The translations under genes and the position numbers were made by a program. The notes beneath the pieces are model-generated. The model ran no database searches. It was not told the DNA's origin and worked only from the letters and a program-made list of their open reading frames with translations. From a virus: a stretch of 64,000 nt of DNA. Where the stretch lies: IMG/VR virus record IMGVR_UViG_3300033048_000096. One strand, written 5' to 3'. This document shows, piece by piece, positions 38,002-48,219 of the stretch; positions within the stretch are counted from its first letter, which is position 1; every line of letters begins with the position of its first letter.

Positions 38002-38630
38002 ATTAATCCTATCTCTGAGGCCTTTGATAAAACTCTCTTCTCTATGCTCTCATTATTTAAGGAATACATCTTTGCGTACTGCTCTATCATCCTTATATCA
38101 CCCTCTATGTTTAGTTGGTGAGAATCGAATATCTCGGAAGCCTCTTCTTTGCACCAGGCTATCAACTTATCTATCTTACTCTTGGATGTCTTGGTCTTTA
38201 AATATTTCTCATACATTCTCTCAAAGTCGTTTATAATGGACGCAACCAAAAATATTCTAGTCCCATTGACAGACTGAGAGCCTCTTCTGAATTTATAATC
38301 AAACATCCAGTTTATATAATTATAGATTTTTAAATTAATCTCCCGTCTTATTATATTTTTCTTTGACTTATCGAAATCCTTGTAGTCTTCGGGAGCTAAG
38401 GTCCTAAACAGCTTGGCGAAATCAGCAGCTTCCTTACCCATAGTTGGACCCTTCCTCGCTCTTATTAATCTAAATCTAACTCCGTTACTATCCTCATATT
38501 TCTGACAGAAGTGGGCCAGCATCGTTATATGCGTCCATGTACCTATATCCGCATCAAGCCATTTCTTTGAGCTATTGTAAAATTGTTCTTCGTTCATGTC
38601 TTTCACCTTAATGTTGCGGGAAAACCCCAT
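37998..38630 (-). CDS. Hypothetical protein (replication operon)
   Basis: 210-aa ORF, ATGA-coupled to the next gene. Confidence 0.7.
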   Translation of the reverse strand: MGFSRNIKVKDMNEEQFYNSSKKWLDADIGTWTHITMLAHFCQKYEDSNGVRFRLIRARKGPTMGKEAADFAKLFRTLAPEDYKDFDKSKKNIIRREINLKIYNYINWMFDYKFRRGSQSVNGTRIFLVASIINDFERMYEKYLKTKTSKSKIDKLIAWCKEEASEIFDSHQLNIEGDIRMIEQYAKMYSLNNESIEKRVLSKASEIGLI

Positions 38631-38684
38631 ATCTACCTTTGTACCCTAACAATTAGAATAGAACAACTATTTATTCAAAAATAT

Positions 38685-40124
38685 TTACTTAACTCTTCTT
38701 AGAGAAAATTCAGATTCGCTAGCTATCGTTTTGAATCGCACCTGACTATGCTCCCTTAAATATTTGCATTGATCATAGAAATCAACCACACAAGCGAAAC
38801 TCTTTCCTGGGTGAGAGCGGATAACTCTACCTATTCTTTGCAAAACTTTTCCTGTGGATTTTCCGCCACCTAAGTTTATTAACGCAGTTAGGGAAGGAAT
38901 GTCAATGCCGATATCAAATATGGTCGAAGCTACAACAACATGTATATTTCCCTCCTTAATATCATTTATACCAGCTTCCCGCTCCCCAGAGGAAGACACT
39001 CCTGTCAGAAATAAATGATTTACTCCAGCGTCACTTAACTTTTTAGATATGATTTCTCCGTGATTTATATTTCTTATCAAGATTAACGTTTTAAGCCCTT
39101 TCTTTTCGAAATTCTTACAAGTGCTAACTGCCATGTCATTTCTTTCGTCATTATTAACTATGTAATTAGAGTAAACTTCCTGATATGTCTTGCCAACACC
39201 TCTCATCGTAGGGACATCTTTAAATATTATAGTCGGCCTAACCAAGAACCCTCGCTTAATTAAATAACTAGCGTCGATATCTATTATTTTCTTACCAGCA
39301 ACCGCCTCAAGCAAAATATCATCACCGTTTTCCCTCCATGGTGTTCCGGAGAATAAAAATCTATGCCTAGATGACTGCGCCTCTCTCGCTAATAACTGGA
39401 ATGTATCCGAGCCAGAATATTGAGCCTCATCCAATATAAGCAAATTCGAATTTCTAACCGCATCTCTTATTTGCTCCTTCTTAAGCAGCTTCTTTCTTGA
39501 GACTTTAATATCTTCAGCCGATGATTTACTTAACTTCTTGCCAAACGCAGAACCCGCACTCCAAATCGTCATTACATTGATCTTCTTTATGTCACAGTTT
39601 CCATCCCCAATTATGCCCGCGTCAATGCCGAACGATTCCCTTAGGGTATCCACCATTTGATACAACAAATCAATGCTAACTACGTAAATTATTGACGGAA
39701 CATTATAATGAGCAATCAATGAGGCGATTATAAAACTTTTCCCGCCACCTGTGCTAACTCTTATAATCCCGGACCCCTTACTTATGCACCTATTTATAAC
39801 TCTATCCTGATAATCTCTGGCAACAAACTTTGAGCCGATCGCTGGCAATATAGGTGTGCCGTACTGAATCTCAAGCCTCTGGTCAATAACTTTATATATA
39901 ACTTTATGTACCTTAAGAATATCAATAACTTCCTCTAGCATTCCTACGGGGAAGTAATTATTCTTCGTCAATAATCTATATCTGCCATCCCATTTGTTAC
40001 TCAACTTCATGAACTTAAATCCCTGAATATCATAACTTAACTTAAGATCTATAGCTTTCTTAACTAATGGGTCTATTAAATTATCTAACTTGCACTTAGT
40101 ATTTCCAATAAAAATCTTAACCAT
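38685..40124 (-). CDS. Superfamily 2 helicase (UvsW / XPB-like)
   Basis: RDYQ, STGGGKS, ILDEAQ, SGTP, GIDIP, QRIGRVIR. Confidence 0.9.
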   Translation of the reverse strand: MVKIFIGNTKCKLDNLIDPLVKKAIDLKLSYDIQGFKFMKLSNKWDGRYRLLTKNNYFPVGMLEEVIDILKVHKVIYKVIDQRLEIQYGTPILPAIGSKFVARDYQDRVINRCISKGSGIIRVSTGGGKSFIIASLIAHYNVPSIIYVVSIDLLYQMVDTLRESFGIDAGIIGDGNCDIKKINVMTIWSAGSAFGKKLSKSSAEDIKVSRKKLLKKEQIRDAVRNSNLLILDEAQYSGSDTFQLLAREAQSSRHRFLFSGTPWRENGDDILLEAVAGKKIIDIDASYLIKRGFLVRPTIIFKDVPTMRGVGKTYQEVYSNYIVNNDERNDMAVSTCKNFEKKGLKTLILIRNINHGEIISKKLSDAGVNHLFLTGVSSSGEREAGINDIKEGNIHVVVASTIFDIGIDIPSLTALINLGGGKSTGKVLQRIGRVIRSHPGKSFACVVDFYDQCKYLREHSQVRFKTIASESEFSLRRVK

Positions 40125-40165
40125 AATATATACACCAAACCCCGAGCCAATGCTGCGGGGCACAG

Positions 40166-40177
40166 TATATTATACCA
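40166..40177 (-). promoter_or_regulatory. Extended -10 promoter element TGGTATAATATA
   Basis: Same GGTATAATATA core as 12610-12620 and 50416-50426, all intergenic. Confidence 0.55.
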
Positions 40178-40223
40178 AATAACTTAATTTAAAAAGGCTA
40201 ATTATGTCATTAATAGAAGTCGC

Positions 40224-41627
40224 TTACCTCTTTCTCCTTTTATCAATTAGTGAAGACCTTCTCGAACCACCTTGCAATCTTCCAAACCCCGACTTCTTCT
40301 TCTTAATCTTACGATCAATTTGACTCCTCACACTAGCTATCTTATCCTCTTCTAAATCAAGGGTCATGGCGGAACCTCTACTGCCCTCCTTCGCTGCCGC
40401 AATAGCTGATTGAGCCTTACTCTCTTTCTTGAGATTATCTATGCGATCCTGGGGTAATCCTAAGCCAGCAAACCAACTATAAATCTTAATCGTATCACCC
40501 ATACCTTCCTGAGAATATATTCCTTGGAAAATATTAGCCCCATTCGTCTGATCTGATATGACCGAGAAACAATAATCAATATTTAAAGATGGCATCGAGT
40601 TTAAGGCATGCTCGGAACCAAGGATTATAACCCCACCTGTCCTCGTCTGAGATAGATCAAATCCGTCAGCTAACATGTTGCCACTCAAACTGTCGATAGC
40701 CGCCTCTGCTAATGCGGTCTCCTCCATGTAATCATCAACCTCAACTACGCCGTAAACGGAACAGTCGCCACAAGAAATTATCTTGCCAAAATCACTAGGG
40801 TCCAAAGAAGTGAACCTAGAAGCCTGTGACGTTAAAGTGTTGAATAAATTAATCGGCTCAACAATTGCAGCATTAGCCTGCTTCCAAAACTCAGACTGAC
40901 TAAGCTTACTGTATATCTGCTCTATTCTCGCGTTATCAACAACAACTAAACTAGCTATCATATCATCGGCTGTCATTCGAGCTAATCTAGCTAAAGTTTC
41001 AATAGAATTCTTTTTTGATTGAGCATCCTCAGTAGCCTTGGGGAGAACGTATATAACGCCTACAGGCATCGATGTCCCGTATAGAATCGGAACCATCGTG
41101 TCCACAGATGATGAACCAGAGCCGCCACCACCAGATATAGCAAGAAATAACATGTCATTTCCGTCAGCTACGTCAGAAACAAAACTTCCTAGCTTGTCCT
41201 CGTTGTCTTCGAATATCTCACGACCTAGATCGAGGTCCTTTCCTGTACCACCTAAGCTGCCCTCAAGTAAAAGTTTCTGATGAGGTAACACATCTATAAA
41301 CTTAAGGTCCTGGACAGAAGTGTTTATTACCCCAACATCATATCCCAGTCTGTGGAACTCCTCAGCGATTCTAGATCCAGCTTGACCAACTCCTATAACT
41401 CCTATGTTTATACTAACTTCTCTTTCTGATACTAACTCAGGCATTGACACTCCTCCGCTTGACTTTGCCGCCAGCTTAGCTTTTAACTCCTCTAGCTTAT
41501 TATTATCCATTTTTTTGGTCCCTTTTTCTTCGCCAAATGCGCTCATTAATGCTTTATTTTCATCCCTAATCTTCTCATCATCTTTCTTAACTTTTTGTAT
41601 CTCGCTTTTCTTTATCTCCACGCTCAT
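40224..41627 (-). CDS. Tubulin/FtsZ-superfamily GTPase (PhuZ/TubZ/CetZ-like)
   Basis: IGVGQAGSRIA, INTSVQD, GGTGKD, signature SGGGGSGSS, VVDN, LDPSDF; AAGGAGG RBS. Confidence 0.88.
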   Translation of the reverse strand: MSVEIKKSEIQKVKKDDEKIRDENKALMSAFGEEKGTKKMDNNKLEELKAKLAAKSSGGVSMPELVSEREVSINIGVIGVGQAGSRIAEEFHRLGYDVGVINTSVQDLKFIDVLPHQKLLLEGSLGGTGKDLDLGREIFEDNEDKLGSFVSDVADGNDMLFLAISGGGGSGSSSVDTMVPILYGTSMPVGVIYVLPKATEDAQSKKNSIETLARLARMTADDMIASLVVVDNARIEQIYSKLSQSEFWKQANAAIVEPINLFNTLTSQASRFTSLDPSDFGKIISCGDCSVYGVVEVDDYMEETALAEAAIDSLSGNMLADGFDLSQTRTGGVIILGSEHALNSMPSLNIDYCFSVISDQTNGANIFQGIYSQEGMGDTIKIYSWFAGLGLPQDRIDNLKKESKAQSAIAAAKEGSRGSAMTLDLEEDKIASVRSQIDRKIKKKKSGFGRLQGGSRRSSLIDKRRKR

Positions 41628-43055
41628 TTAAACCTCCTTAAAATATAATCTTTGACCTGCATCGTATATCTTATGCAACTTCTCCGTGTTTATTAGTGAT
41701 TTATCGAAGGTAGACTTCAGATCAGTCCATCTCCAACTTAAAATATCTTTTTCTGCCACAAAACCATTGTTAATTAGAAAATCACCGATCTCATAACGAA
41801 GATCTATCCACGAACTAATCGTAGATATTTCATTATTTTTCTCCAAAAACGAAAGCAGCTTGGAAAAGCCTCCCGCAATTATTACTCCAAGCGCAGAACA
41901 AAATCTTTCAATTTTTAAATGTTTTTTCTTAATTTTATAAGAAATAACACTAACTAGCTCGGAATCATAATATAATCCCATAGCCTCACTTGTGCCTCCT
42001 ATACGTAAACTATTCTCATTTAAAAAAGATAAAGATTTATCCCTACTCACATTTGCGATTTTAACTTCTGATACCTCAATGATTGTGGAGTTACTCATAC
42101 CAATAATAGACTTAATTATCGACGGCTTATTATAAATCTCATCAGACCTAAACTGAAAGATTCGTGAACCAAGCCGTTCATATTTTTTTCTCATATTGAA
42201 ATGGTAATTATTCTCAAGCTTCAATTCTGAGTGCCAATATAATCCGTCAACATTTATGTATGTATTTTCATTTAACTTAAAATCTGGCCTGTATTTTAAC
42301 CCAACCAATCCCTTGTTCCACCTCTTCAGCCCAAATGTATTGCTGAAATACATCTCCAAAGAACTTATTCCATTTTTTGAATCAATATCTAATTCCCTTA
42401 ACCTGCTCTTATCAAGATCCAATAAGTTATCCCACCGATATATTGTGGTGGTAGATACACTTAGCTCTTCTGCCAGCTTTGTAATTGGAATGTTAGATAT
42501 AGTTCTTATATTATTTGATTGTAATATTTTGTCCCTGTGATTAAGCATTAAGCCAGGGTTCTTCACTCCGTATCTATTTTTTAATGTAGAATTAGCTTTC
42601 TCTCTTATTTCATTTGATAACGATGGATGATCAACCCCATACCTCTCACTTAAGGTGATCCTAGCCTTACCCTTAATCTCTTCGCTCTGAAATACATTCT
42701 CTACGCCATACCTCCTTAGGTTCGTAGCTTTCAAGCATTCCTTTATTAAGTTAGAATGCATTGGGGGACTGACTCCATATTTATAACTCAAAGTGTCTTT
42801 GATCTTTTCCTTAACATCTTCGCTCTTAAATGGATTATCAACTCCGTACTTCTCTAGACAAGTCTTCTTTCTTGTTCGTAAAGCAGCCTCATTCTTTTTA
42901 TCTATTGACTTTTTTATTCCAGCCTTATTTAATGCTCTCCTAATTCTTCTCGGAGATACTTTGAACCTCTCAGAGGTGTCCTTTAATGAATTATTTTCAT
43001 TTATGTAAAAAACTACAATACCGCTAAATAACTTATCTGGTATGCTCATTGTCAT
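41628..43055 (-). CDS. Free-standing putative homing endonuclease, paralogue of 30137..31681
   Basis: KYGV/RYGV repeats, RPDF...NVDGLYWHSE, FRSDE, KIYDAGQ. Confidence 0.7.
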   Translation of the reverse strand: MTMSIPDKLFSGIVVFYINENNSLKDTSERFKVSPRRIRRALNKAGIKKSIDKKNEAALRTRKKTCLEKYGVDNPFKSEDVKEKIKDTLSYKYGVSPPMHSNLIKECLKATNLRRYGVENVFQSEEIKGKARITLSERYGVDHPSLSNEIREKANSTLKNRYGVKNPGLMLNHRDKILQSNNIRTISNIPITKLAEELSVSTTTIYRWDNLLDLDKSRLRELDIDSKNGISSLEMYFSNTFGLKRWNKGLVGLKYRPDFKLNENTYINVDGLYWHSELKLENNYHFNMRKKYERLGSRIFQFRSDEIYNKPSIIKSIIGMSNSTIIEVSEVKIANVSRDKSLSFLNENSLRIGGTSEAMGLYYDSELVSVISYKIKKKHLKIERFCSALGVIIAGGFSKLLSFLEKNNEISTISSWIDLRYEIGDFLINNGFVAEKDILSWRWTDLKSTFDKSLINTEKLHKIYDAGQRLYFKEV

Positions 43056-44055
43056 AAACTCTCTTCATCTGTTTATATATGCTATCAACCGTCATGTTTG
43101 CGTGCGGAATTAATGAGCCATCCTCACTAAAACTAGATACCTCACAAAGATATTTCGTCTCGTGAGAATTCATGGGCGGAGCATCTGTCGTTACTACAAG
43201 GCACCCAGAAGCGTTCGCCTCAAACAAACTAAGCCCCAAGCCTTCCTTTGATGACGGAGCTACTACACAATCGGTAATTTTATATAAATTAGCTATATCA
43301 TTCCTCGATAGTAGGTTACCATATGTAATAATATTAGTATGCCTATCAATGGTTTTTTTGCTATTTGCGTCATCTATATTTCCGGTAATTAAAAGCTTAA
43401 CATCACTCACTTTATTATTTAATAGCTCAAAAGCTTTAATCACGAGACTCGTGTTTTTAGTGGTGTGGGACGGATTAAGGCTAGCTTGGTGATAAAATGA
43501 AAACACCTTTGATTTAGTTGCTCGATTATCCTCAAAAAATAACTCTCTATCTACGAAATCCCATGAATTCTTATAGACAAGCAAATCATTTTTATAAAAA
43601 ATATCATAAGACTGATCCGTAATCGCCCAAATCTCATCAAATATTTTATATGAACCGTTTTTTATCTTGCTTGGTGATACCCACTCTATCATTGGTATAT
43701 CAATTATCTTTACTCCTGTCTTTATCTTGACTTCATTAATCCACCTGGAAGATTCCATCATTGTCTCCATGGATATAATCAAATCAGCATCATAATCCCT
43801 TGCAGCATCAACGATCTGTGACCCAGAACTTAAGCCGGATTTGAATTGATAAAATAGCTTTCTGTGATCCACGATTCCTTCGAGATACGTTCTGACATAT
43901 CTTCGCTCCCTCTTTATGAACTTTGACTTAGGAATAAACATCACTTGATGCCCATCTTTAATTAGCTTTTTATAAAGACTTAAGCCTAGGTACCATAATC
44001 CTGACTCATGCGCATATGTTTTAATCAGGATTTTCTTCGGTGCTCCTAAGTTCAT
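43033..44055 (-). CDS. Glycosyltransferase, GT4/GT-B
   Basis: PSSKEGLGLSLFEANASG (E-x7-E). Confidence 0.85.
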   Translation of the reverse strand: MNLGAPKKILIKTYAHESGLWYLGLSLYKKLIKDGHQVMFIPKSKFIKRERRYVRTYLEGIVDHRKLFYQFKSGLSSGSQIVDAARDYDADLIISMETMMESSRWINEVKIKTGVKIIDIPMIEWVSPSKIKNGSYKIFDEIWAITDQSYDIFYKNDLLVYKNSWDFVDRELFFEDNRATKSKVFSFYHQASLNPSHTTKNTSLVIKAFELLNNKVSDVKLLITGNIDDANSKKTIDRHTNIITYGNLLSRNDIANLYKITDCVVAPSSKEGLGLSLFEANASGCLVVTTDAPPMNSHETKYLCEVSSFSEDGSLIPHANMTVDSIYKQMKRVYDNEHTR

Positions 44056-44749
44056 TTAATATCTCCCGTCCTCTTGCTTCTTGTTTGATTTCATTTAAAT
44101 TCTTAATATGATTCTTTTGTATATTGGCACGCTGCGTAAGAGAATCTCCCCCGGGAATTATTCGGTAAAAATATAAAATATCATCAATGTAAGTTATTGG
44201 AAATTTTTGAGAAATCTTAACCCACATATCATAGTCTTCGCAGATCCAATACTTCTCATTAAACCCACCTACGCTCAAGAAGGCTTCGCGGCTAATTGTT
44301 ACACTACCTGAAGCTACTAAGTTTTGCTTCATTAATGACTCATAGGTTATGGATACCGGTTTCTTGTAGAATTGACGTTTTAGTCTTCCATTAACTAAAA
44401 TTCTGTAGTTCCCGCAAGTCATTCCTATATCAGGCGTTTTTATAAATTCCCTGACAGAAAGCGCTACTTTGTTTGGTTTCATTACGTCGTCGTCATCTAA
44501 GAAACTTATTAAGTCGCCAGATGTATTATTAATCCCAAAATTCCTAGCACCTCCAGGGCCTAAATTTTTAGGAGTTTTAAGCATGTTAATATTAGGGTAC
44601 ATATCAATAAGATAATCAAGACTCTTGTCAGAACAATCATCGATAACTGTAAGGTTTACTTTGTTGTAAGTTTGAGCCAAGCAACTCTCTATCGCTTTTT
44701 CGATGTTCTTGTCAGGATTATGCGCTGGCATTATAATATCTACACTCAT
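44021..44749 (-). CDS. Glycosyltransferase family 2
   Basis: IIMPAHN, IDDCS, GGARNFG, FLDDDD, EDYD. Confidence 0.9.
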   Translation of the reverse strand: MSVDIIMPAHNPDKNIEKAIESCLAQTYNKVNLTVIDDCSDKSLDYLIDMYPNINMLKTPKNLGPGGARNFGINNTSGDLISFLDDDDVMKPNKVALSVREFIKTPDIGMTCGNYRILVNGRLKRQFYKKPVSITYESLMKQNLVASGSVTISREAFLSVGGFNEKYWICEDYDMWVKISQKFPITYIDDILYFYRIIPGGDSLTQRANIQKNHIKNLNEIKQEARGREILNELRSTEENPD

Positions 44750-44750
44750 T

Positions 44751-45710
44751 TTATACGCAATATTCATAAAGATAACCTCCAGTGACTCCGCTAAAATTAG
44801 CTATAAACTTTTTCCAGGAAAACTCAATAGCCCCTTTTGATAAAGATCTGTAAAGAGCGTCATCTTCCATAATTTCCCTAATGGCAGCGCAATAATCAGG
44901 AACAGTACGATTAGTTATTATTCCAGTCCTATAGTTCTCCCCATTTAAATGAATCTTGGGATGAGTGACAGATGGTATTCCTGCGCAAAATTGCTCCGCG
45001 AGGCCCAAACCCATAGTTTCACTTAGTGAGGTAGAGAAGTAAAGATGACAACTCTTTGCAGATTTAATATGTGACATGTAATCATAAGGCTTTGGGTATC
45101 CTATGAATTCAAATTCATACTCCGGCATAGCTTTTTGAACCTCTAGCGCAAATTTAATGTCCTTAACTGATTGCTTAGAATTTCCCTTCCATAAAATCTT
45201 CCCATTATCCTCTTCTATTGGTGCCCATAAATCCCTGTCCGGGCCGATCATTAATACACCCATCTTATCTAAAGGTATTTTATGCTCTCTGGCAATCTTA
45301 AATTTTAAATGCTCATTGGCTGTTAATATATGATCGTATCTAACTTTTGATAAATAACTACTCTCCAAATCGAAACTAACTGTATCAATAACATTCGGAC
45401 CAATTAGCACTTTAATGTACTCCTGCTTGTTCGCTAAATTTACCGCGTACTCAAATAATAGACCCATCCCACTCCAATGGTGTAGAACGAAAGATCTTTT
45501 AATGGCGCTTCTAAGCTCAGATAAATTAGTTAAAGGAATAGTCCCAGGAAAGTTTGAATTCATCTTTGTGAATACATTTACCTTCACTCCACATTTTTTT
45601 AAGTTTTTTACGAAATTAACTAGACACATACCAGGACCATTAACATATCGTCCGGCATTTCCATAATTAAACGCAATTACTGTAATTTCATCTTCTACAA
45701 TCTCATCCAT
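44751..45710 (-). CDS. Glycosyltransferase, GT-B like
   Basis: SLSETMGLGLAEQFCAGIP. Confidence 0.7.
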   Translation of the reverse strand: MDEIVEDEITVIAFNYGNAGRYVNGPGMCLVNFVKNLKKCGVKVNVFTKMNSNFPGTIPLTNLSELRSAIKRSFVLHHWSGMGLLFEYAVNLANKQEYIKVLIGPNVIDTVSFDLESSYLSKVRYDHILTANEHLKFKIAREHKIPLDKMGVLMIGPDRDLWAPIEEDNGKILWKGNSKQSVKDIKFALEVQKAMPEYEFEFIGYPKPYDYMSHIKSAKSCHLYFSTSLSETMGLGLAEQFCAGIPSVTHPKIHLNGENYRTGIITNRTVPDYCAAIREIMEDDALYRSLSKGAIEFSWKKFIANFSGVTGGYLYEYCV

Positions 45711-45726
45711 TTAAGTCTCCGAAAAA

Positions 45727-46044
45727 TCAACTATGCTTAATAAATACATCTTCCAAAGATTCTTTCCCGCCAAAACCTATAACCCTATCAATCTCCTTGC
45801 CCCCTCGAAATACTATCAAACAAGGGATGCTTGATACGTTATTAGCTTTGGCAACCTCAGGACTGTCAGATACATTAATCTTCGCAACCTTAATCGTGCC
45901 TTCATATTTGCTAGATAAATCATCAAGCAATGGTGACAAAGCTTTACATGGTCCGCACCACTCTGCCCAAAAATCTACAATCGTTATATCACTCGATGAT
46001 ATAGCTTCAGCTATATTATCTGAATTTAAAATCGTTACTGACAT
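45727..46044 (-). CDS. trxA: Thioredoxin
   Basis: DFWAEWCGPCK, SIP cis-Pro motif. Confidence 0.95.
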   Translation of the reverse strand: MSVTILNSDNIAEAISSSDITIVDFWAEWCGPCKALSPLLDDLSSKYEGTIKVAKINVSDSPEVAKANNVSSIPCLIVFRGGKEIDRVIGFGGKESLEDVFIKHS

Positions 46045-46055
46045 ATAACACCCCC

Positions 46056-46268
46056 TCAGTTAATACTGTAAACACTCATTGACATATCTTCGAGTATCAT
46101 TGATATCACCTCAGCCCGTTCGGTAACTCCCATGGACTCAAAATTATCAAACAATTCTTTTGCGAAATCAATCGCAACTGCGTTTCTTATTTCATCGTCC
46201 GTTGATAAATCCTCATACGCTTCCATTATGTTTATTGACTCTTCAAAATCTTCTTTACTCAGAAACAT
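46056..46268 (-). CDS. Hypothetical acidic protein
   Basis: Open frame; start uncertain (track start 46310). Confidence 0.55.
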   Translation of the reverse strand: MFLSKEDFEESINIMEAYEDLSTDDEIRNAVAIDFAKELFDNFESMGVTERAEVISMILEDMSMSVYSIN

Positions 46269-46419
46269 CTTTGTCATCTCCGTCATCTTGCTCTGATGAA
46301 CTTTCGTCATCTCTAACTAAGTCATCCACGGTATACCTAACCTTATTATCACCAGACGCATTCTTAATGTTATCACCTGACACAAAGACTTTTATTTCAC
46401 CATTTTTCTTTAATGACAT
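46255..46419 (-). CDS. 54-aa hypothetical protein (absent from ORF track)
   Basis: MSLKKNGEIKVFVSGDNIKNASGDNKVRYTVDDLVRDDESSSEQDDGDDKDVSE*; fills the gap after gmd, AGGAG upstream. Confidence 0.5.
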   Translation of the reverse strand: MSLKKNGEIKVFVSGDNIKNASGDNKVRYTVDDLVRDDESSSEQDDGDDKDVSE

Positions 46420-46422
46420 TAT

Positions 46423-47415
46423 TCACTGCTCCTTTTTAACTTCTAAATCTTCTAGATCATTCAAATACATTTCTTTTAATAGATCTTTCCACGTATACTT
46501 CGGAACCCAACCAAGCTGGGATTTGGCCTTCTCCGGATTACCTCTTAAATATGGCACCTCAGATGGCCGCATAAACCTAGAATCTTTTTCATACACATCT
46601 TCAAATTTTAGATCCGCTAGCTCACAAACGTACTCAAACATTTCCTTGATCGTCGCGCCCGTTCCTGTTGCTATTAAAAAATCATCAGGCTCATCTCTCT
46701 GAAGCATCAAGTGCATGGCTCTGCAATAATCCTTCGCGTGACCCTCATCCCTAAAAGAACTTAAGTCTCCCATCTTTAAAGAATCTGATATGCCTAGCTT
46801 CACGGACGCTATACCTCTGGTTATCTTTCTGGTCGCAAAATCATGACCACGAACCTTCGAAGAGTGATTATGAAGAATTCCGTTGCATGCATATAAATTA
46901 TAGGCCTCCCTGTAGTTTATAACCGCCCAGTAAGCCGCTAACTTAGCAACTCCATATGGAGACCTAGGGTGAAAGCGGGAACGCTCTGTGTAGCCTTCTG
47001 GGGGGCAAGAGACTCCGCCAAATAATTCACTCGTATTAGCTTGGTAATATCTCGTTGATGGTGATATTTTTCTTATTAACTCAAGCTGAGTTATAACTGC
47101 CTCTGCATTTACCTTAAATGTATAGGCCGGCTCAGCAAATGATTGCCCCACATGACTCATCGCTGCTAAGTTGTAAAACTCATGAGGCCTGTGCTTAAGG
47201 ATAATCCCCGATATTAATGTTGCGTCAGTTATGTCTCCATAAACTAATTTAAAGCTCTTATGTTCTAACAGGTGAACTATATTACCTATGCAGGGATCCA
47301 CGCTCTTTCTTCTGGTGATACCTATAACCATGTACCCTTTTCCCAGCAGTAGCTCAGCTAAATGACTGCCGTCTTGGCCAGCTACCCCAGTGATTACCGC
47401 TTTTTTACTGTACAT
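46423..47415 (-). CDS. gmd: GDP-mannose 4,6-dehydratase
   Basis: ITGVAGQDGSHLAE, NLAAMSHV, TSELFG, PRSPYGVAK, NGILHNH, TRKI, RPSEV. Confidence 0.95.
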   Translation of the reverse strand: MYSKKAVITGVAGQDGSHLAELLLGKGYMVIGITRRKSVDPCIGNIVHLLEHKSFKLVYGDITDATLISGIILKHRPHEFYNLAAMSHVGQSFAEPAYTFKVNAEAVITQLELIRKISPSTRYYQANTSELFGGVSCPPEGYTERSRFHPRSPYGVAKLAAYWAVINYREAYNLYACNGILHNHSSKVRGHDFATRKITRGIASVKLGISDSLKMGDLSSFRDEGHAKDYCRAMHLMLQRDEPDDFLIATGTGATIKEMFEYVCELADLKFEDVYEKDSRFMRPSEVPYLRGNPEKAKSQLGWVPKYTWKDLLKEMYLNDLEDLEVKKEQ

Positions 47416-47860
47416 TCTCGTCCTCCTCTAACAACTTTAAAATATCTTCCTCAGATCTGATGCTTCTAAAGTTATCATGAATGAACTGTTTGAGACCCAG
47501 CAAATTATCATACGAGCTAATCTTGTTTATATTAAATATAACAAAAGTACGCTCCCTTTCAGTAAATATACTATAATCAAAGAATAAATTTTTATCAATA
47601 ACAAAGGCATAGTCTCTGTTAAAAAACAAACTCTCAAGAATTTTTCTCCTAATTTTATTCAGAAACAAAATTCTGGTTAGCATAGATACGTCACTTAACA
47701 ATTCTGAGTTTATATCCAAAAACTCATGCAAACCTATTTTGCAAGCCTCAGTCATACTAACCTTATCTTCTGTGGCCCTTTCAAAAGACTTAAACTTTAT
47801 ATCATAAAATATTTTTCCTGACATTAATACAGATTTTCCATTTCTTTTTATATGATTCAT
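47405..47860 (-). CDS. Hypothetical protein
   Basis: ORF packed in the operon. Confidence 0.6.
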   Translation of the reverse strand: MNHIKRNGKSVLMSGKIFYDIKFKSFERATEDKVSMTEACKIGLHEFLDINSELLSDVSMLTRILFLNKIRRKILESLFFNRDYAFVIDKNLFFDYSIFTERERTFVIFNINKISSYDNLLGLKQFIHDNFRSIRSEEDILKLLEEDENVQ

Positions 47861-48216
47861 TCAGCACCCTCATCAAACTCAACACCAGATGATTCAAGCA
47901 GAAATTGCCCGACTTCAAGATTAAACTTCCAATAAGGCCATTTTGATATTTCCTTCAGCCTATGCATGTTGAACAATATGAAATCCTTTTCTACTTTTGC
48001 GAACAAATCAGATTCCATTATTTTACTAAATATTTCTTCCTTATTTATGTTTTCAAGATCATTGACTATAGCTATCCACTGATATCCAGCTCTAAGTAAC
48101 TTTTGACTATTCGAACCTTTATATTGGTGATATGGATCTTTCATCATTTTACTCTTAAGGCGCTCAACTTTTGATATCACATCTTCATGCTTATTCGTTG
48201 CTCTCTTGACTGCCAC
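47857..48216 (-). CDS. Hypothetical protein
   Basis: ORF, ATGA coupling. Confidence 0.6.
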   Translation of the reverse strand: MAVKRATNKHEDVISKVERLKSKMMKDPYHQYKGSNSQKLLRAGYQWIAIVNDLENINKEEIFSKIMESDLFAKVEKDFILFNMHRLKEISKWPYWKFNLEVGQFLLESSGVEFDEGAE

Positions 48217-48219
48217 CTT

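Noticed and set aside
35529-40124. Inteins in DnaB or the SF2 helicase
   Set aside because: Protein lengths are normal and no intein splice motifs (N-terminal C/S, C-terminal HN followed by C/S/T) interrupt the conserved motifs.
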